Positions 60,509 to 64,000 of a stretch of DNA of 64,000 nucleotides are shown piece by piece. The position numbers and the translations under genes were made by a program. Location: the sequence record ON190025.1, one strand, 5' to 3'. Each line of letters begins with the position of its first letter. Position 1 is the stretch's first letter. The notes under the pieces are model-generated. The model was given only the letters and a program-made list of their open reading frames with translations, was not told the origin of the DNA and made no database searches.

Positions 60509-60970
60509 ATGATTTATATTGAAACGAGCAACATTCTATCTGATGACACTCTTGGGTTTGCAATTGCAGGTGCGCCTCAAATCGACCAGCTTGAGAAAAA
60601 AGAGCGTGACAACGTACTCAATAAAGCAATTGAAGTCAAGCTTTATGAGCGTCTACCGTCAACTGCTGTCCTTGATTTTCTCTTAAATCAAAAGATTTCA
60701 TTCATTGCCGTTTTGAGCAAAGTTTCGGTTATTGCTGAACAACAACGCGCTTGGTTTGATACGCTCGGTAAGCAATTAAACGTTGATGTAATGTACACTG
60801 ACTTTCAAGAAGTCGAGCATACTCGCGATACACTATTGATTGCTGAAGATCGTCATGAACTGAAGCTTCACGCTCAGAAAGATGGTAAGATTCTTCCATT
60901 TTCAACACATACACAATTTCAATTCATCATCGACCATTTAAAGATTCAGGTCGATACTAAGGAGCAGTAA
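60509..60970 (+). CDS. Hypothetical protein, degenerate HAD/NT5C-like pattern
   Basis: IYIETSNILSD...VLS...AW...LLIAED. Confidence 0.5.
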   Translation: MIYIETSNILSDDTLGFAIAGAPQIDQLEKKERDNVLNKAIEVKLYERLPSTAVLDFLLNQKISFIAVLSKVSVIAEQQRAWFDTLGKQLNVDVMYTDFQEVEHTRDTLLIAEDRHELKLHAQKDGKILPFSTHTQFQFIIDHLKIQVDTKEQ

Positions 60971-61320
60971 TGCAAGAAAAGCCAGATTTACTTAAAGACG
61001 ACGAAATTGTTGATGTAGTCGATGATCAAGAGGTACAAGAATATCTCGAACAGATTAACGCTCAACGCCGTGCTTTGATTGAGAAAGAAGCTAAACGACG
61101 CATCAAAAAGAACTCGCGTGAGATTAAACGTCTGCGTAAGCACGCTGAAAAGTGTTTAATTGAAGAGAACAAAGCGGGTTATATCTACGCAATTCGTAAG
61201 CTGCGTTCTATTACTGGTCAAACTGTCGGTGACGATGTGCTTGAGACGCTTTGGGAAACAAGTCGCGAACAAGTATTGACTATCGTACGCTCTTTCGCAG
61301 AAGCGAAAGCGGGTCAGTAA
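60970..61320 (+). CDS. a-gt.4: a-gt.4-like protein
   Basis: KKNSREIKRLRKHAE...YAIRKLR...WETSR matches T4 a-gt.4. Confidence 0.88.
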   Translation: MQEKPDLLKDDEIVDVVDDQEVQEYLEQINAQRRALIEKEAKRRIKKNSREIKRLRKHAEKCLIEENKAGYIYAIRKLRSITGQTVGDDVLETLWETSREQVLTIVRSFAEAKAGQ

Positions 61321-61784
61321 TGGACATCAAATCAGGCGCTGGTTACCCAGCCAGTGCGCTGTCGAACTTTGCGCCACACGCATTCACTGTGCGTGGCGTT
61401 GAATGTGCTTCAATGGAAGGGTTTCTTCAGTCACTGAAGTTTAAAAACCCTGATATGCAACGTGAAGTCTGCAAGCTTGTAGGTAAAGTTGCTAAAGCAC
61501 GCGGTGCAAAGAAGAACTGGCAGCGCACTCAGACACTTTATTGGCAAGGTGAGCCGATTCAGAGAGGTTCGGTTGGTTATCAATCGTTACTCGATGATGC
61601 GTACGCTGCGTTGGCTCAGAACGTCAAATTTCAAAAGGCACTGCTTGCTACTGGTAAAGCTACCCTTACTCATTCAATCGGGCGTAAGAAGCAGGCAGAG
61701 ACGGTTTTAACTGTACAAGAATTCTGTAGCCGATTGACAGAGATTCGGGAACATTTGCAGAATGAAGCTTATGAACGTAGTTAA
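61320..61784 (+). CDS. 30.3: NADAR-family protein gp30.3
   Basis: ALSNFA, EGFLQSLK, TLYWQG, ALLAT, LTHS and TVLT-x-x-EF match T4 30.3. Confidence 0.9.
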   Translation: MDIKSGAGYPASALSNFAPHAFTVRGVECASMEGFLQSLKFKNPDMQREVCKLVGKVAKARGAKKNWQRTQTLYWQGEPIQRGSVGYQSLLDDAYAALAQNVKFQKALLATGKATLTHSIGRKKQAETVLTVQEFCSRLTEIREHLQNEAYERS

Positions 61785-62271
61785 ATTGATGATTCGTGCG
61801 ATCACTCGCGCTAAGAAAGCAAAGCCGATTGTTTACATTGACATGGACAATGTGCTTGTTGACTTCAAAAGCGGTATTGATGCTCTTTCAATATGGGAGC
61901 GCAATCAATATGAAGGTCGCTACGATGAATGCCCGGGTATTTTCGCTCACATGAAACCACTCAACGGTGCAGTTTCTGCATTTGAAATGTTGAACAAACA
62001 CTTCGATTGCTATATACTATCTACCGCACCGTGGGATAATCCCGGTGCATGGCAAGATAAACGATTGTGGGTTGAGCGTTACTTAGGTAAAGGCGCTTAC
62101 AAACGACTGATCTTGTCACACAATAAGCAGTTAAACTTCGGTCATTATCTCATCGACGACCGCACTAAAAACGGTGCAGGTGAGTTTATGGGCGAACACA
62201 TTCACTTTGGCACAGACGAATTCCCTGATTGGGCTTCGGTTGTGACTTACCTTACGAGTGAGAAAAAATGA
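61762..62271 (+). CDS. 5'(3')-deoxyribonucleotidase (NT5C, HAD)
   Basis: YIDMDNVLVDF, STAPW, KRLILSH and LIDDR motifs. Confidence 0.92.
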   Translation: MKLMNVVKLMIRAITRAKKAKPIVYIDMDNVLVDFKSGIDALSIWERNQYEGRYDECPGIFAHMKPLNGAVSAFEMLNKHFDCYILSTAPWDNPGAWQDKRLWVERYLGKGAYKRLILSHNKQLNFGHYLIDDRTKNGAGEFMGEHIHFGTDEFPDWASVVTYLTSEKK

Positions 62272-63311
62272 GCAAAATAGCACTGGTTGGTGACTTACAT
62301 ATCGGCATTAAAGATGACGACTTGTGGGTTCAAAACTACCAACGAGAATTCTTCGATTTTATGTTTGCTGAACTTGAAGAGCGCGGTGTAAAACAGATCA
62401 TTCAGCTAGGCGACTGGTTTGATGTTCGACGCGGTGCGACTCAAGAAACATTGATGTTTCAGCGAACGTATCTAAATGGCATGCTGAAGGGATATGACAC
62501 TCACGTTCTAGTGGGTAACCATGACATGCACTTGCGTGAATGCATTGTACCTAATACACCGTATGAAGTACTGAGCATTGTCCCTGATGTGACTATCTAT
62601 GAAAAACCGACAACGGTTGAGTTTGATGGCGTGAAAATCGACATTATTCCGTGGATTTGTAAAGAAAATGCGGTTGAAATCGATGAATTCATCAAAAAAT
62701 CGACATCTGAATACTGTGTCGGTCACTTCGAACTAAATGGTTTTGAATTTCATCGCGGTCAGAAAGCAACGGGCTGTCTTGATGCTGGCTTCTTGAAGAA
62801 GTACAAGCAAGTATGGTCTGGTCACTTTCACACTCAGTCTGAAGCAGGCAACATCAAGTATCTTGGTACTCCGTATACATTGACACTTGCAGATGCTGAC
62901 GACAAGCGTGGTTTTTGGTTGTTCGATACTGAAACTCATGAAATGGAGTTTATCGAGAACCCTAACTGTTGGCATACAAAGCTTTACTTTGATGCCGAGA
63001 CGTTTGACCCGAAAACAATCCCGAGCTATGAAAACCGTAACGTCAAGATTATCGTTGAACGTCGTTCAAGCGACAAGCGAGAAATCTCGTTTGATGTCGT
63101 CGAAGACCGTATTGCACAAATCGCACATGCGTGTCAAACGCTTGATGAATTGGATATCAAGAAAGATGTTGCCGAAGACATCAAATCGATCAAAGACATT
63201 GACGACTATGTTGCTGAGTATGCAGATACGCTTGACGAATCGACTGATGTTAAGACGAAAGTTAAATCTATCTTCTCGGCGCTTCGTGCTGAAGCTTTGG
63301 AGAATGCATAA
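62268..63311 (+). CDS. 47: Recombination endonuclease gp47 (Mre11-like)
   Basis: GDLHIG, LGDWFDVR, VGNHD, GHFE and SGHFH motifs. Confidence 0.97.
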   Translation: MSKIALVGDLHIGIKDDDLWVQNYQREFFDFMFAELEERGVKQIIQLGDWFDVRRGATQETLMFQRTYLNGMLKGYDTHVLVGNHDMHLRECIVPNTPYEVLSIVPDVTIYEKPTTVEFDGVKIDIIPWICKENAVEIDEFIKKSTSEYCVGHFELNGFEFHRGQKATGCLDAGFLKKYKQVWSGHFHTQSEAGNIKYLGTPYTLTLADADDKRGFWLFDTETHEMEFIENPNCWHTKLYFDAETFDPKTIPSYENRNVKIIVERRSSDKREISFDVVEDRIAQIAHACQTLDELDIKKDVAEDIKSIKDIDDYVAEYADTLDESTDVKTKVKSIFSALRAEALENA

Positions 63312-63535
63312 TGGAACGTGAACTAGTAAGTCCTTGTAAAATCTGCGGCAAACTTCCGTTTATTCATAAGCCGCCAGTAATGGCAAATGGGTGTAGTTTC
63401 ACAGCGTGGATTGTTGAATGTGACAACGACGATGATGATCAGCGCACTCCTCCTTTCGTTGAGCATAGTCTAGTCGTCTATGGTTCTACTAAAGAAGAAG
63501 CAGTTGACCGATGGGATGAAATAGCCAATGATTAA
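63311..63535 (+). CDS. Lar-like small zinc-finger protein
   Basis: PCKICGK...WIVEC...TKEEAVDRW. Confidence 0.5.
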   Translation: MERELVSPCKICGKLPFIHKPPVMANGCSFTAWIVECDNDDDDQRTPPFVEHSLVVYGSTKEEAVDRWDEIAND

Positions 63536-64000
63536 GTTTAAAGACGTAACATATAGTAATATCATGTCAGTAGGCAACACGCCTATTACAGTAGATTTAT
63601 CTGAGTTTAATAAGACATTGATTACTGGTACAAACGGTGCTGGTAAATCGACGTTTATCGAAGCAGTTTGTTTCGCGTTGTACGGTAAACCATTCCGTAA
63701 TATCAAAAAGACTCAGATAGTCAACGCCGTGAATAAGAAAAAGCTATTGGTTGAAATTACATTTCAAGACAATAAGCATGTTTATAAAATCATTCGCGGT
63801 ATTAAACCAAACAAGTTCGAAATCTACAAAGACGATGAACTAATCCCGCAAGAAGCTGCTGTTGCTGATTATCAAGACATGCTCGAAAAGAACATCTTGA
63901 AAATGAGTCTAAGCACGTTTAAACAGATTGCGGTGCTAGGCACAGCGGGTTATACTCCATTTATGCTTTTACCTGCGGGTAAACGTCGTGAAATCGTAGA
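63528..64000 (+). CDS. 46: Recombination ATPase gp46 (Rad50-like, 3' truncated)
   Basis: Y-x-NIMSVGN, GTNGAGKST, LYGKPFR and KQI-x-VLG motifs; runs off the window. Confidence 0.97.
   Translation, partial: MIKFKDVTYSNIMSVGNTPITVDLSEFNKTLITGTNGAGKSTFIEAVCFALYGKPFRNIKKTQIVNAVNKKKLLVEITFQDNKHVYKIIRGIKPNKFEIYKDDELIPQEAAVADYQDMLEKNILKMSLSTFKQIAVLGTAGYTPFMLLPAGKRREIV

Noticed and set aside
1-64000. tRNA or other structured ncRNA genes
   Set aside because: Intergenic gaps are short and explained by promoters and terminators; I saw no cloverleaf or T-loop signature. A tRNAscan/Infernal run would be definitive.
1-64000. Stop-codon reassignment
   Set aside because: All core genes are full length under the standard code; the few breaks are frameshifts, not in-frame stops.

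Overview
64-kb segment of a T4-like myovirus genome. The 514-aa gp23 and the gene content (cca, ClpP-like, Sir2, expanded gp35, detached gp24) point to a KVP40-like Vibrio phage; this assignment is from recalled sequences, not a search. The window holds head genes (22, 23, inh, 24), tail fibre genes (34, 35), the replication/recombination core (uvsW, uvsY, rnh, dsbA, 33, 59, 32, uvsX, 40, 41, 61, dexA, 39+60, 30, 55, 47, 46), nucleotide metabolism genes (frd, nrdD/G, dut, td, glutaredoxins), one free-standing HNH endonuclease and many small accessory ORFs. I found no tRNA, CRISPR array or intron. Three promoter classes are visible: TTGnnn-17-TAnnAT with a conserved CATCRANACGA...GAGAG leader, GTTTA-type, and late (TA/TC/CA)TAAATA. 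The best candidate for an undescribed system is a set of late-expressed proteins with T4-style capsid-targeting/gp21-cleavage N-termini. It includes two genes 53 kb apart that each resemble one half of the phosphorothioation (Dnd)-associated methyltransferase family, plus an Alt-like ADP-ribosyltransferase, a HigB/RelE-like protein, a pseudo-kinase and a shared Alt-N-like domain. Other highlights are a protein whose C-terminus copies the mature gp23 N-arm, a UvsW.1/pseudo-nucleotidyltransferase fusion, a duplicated 61-bp element with 9-bp periodicity upstream of the uvsY and glutaredoxin promoters (candidate origin), a MotA-C-terminal-like early protein and a type IV pilin-like peptide. All family assignments are by eye and from memory and need HMM or structure confirmation.
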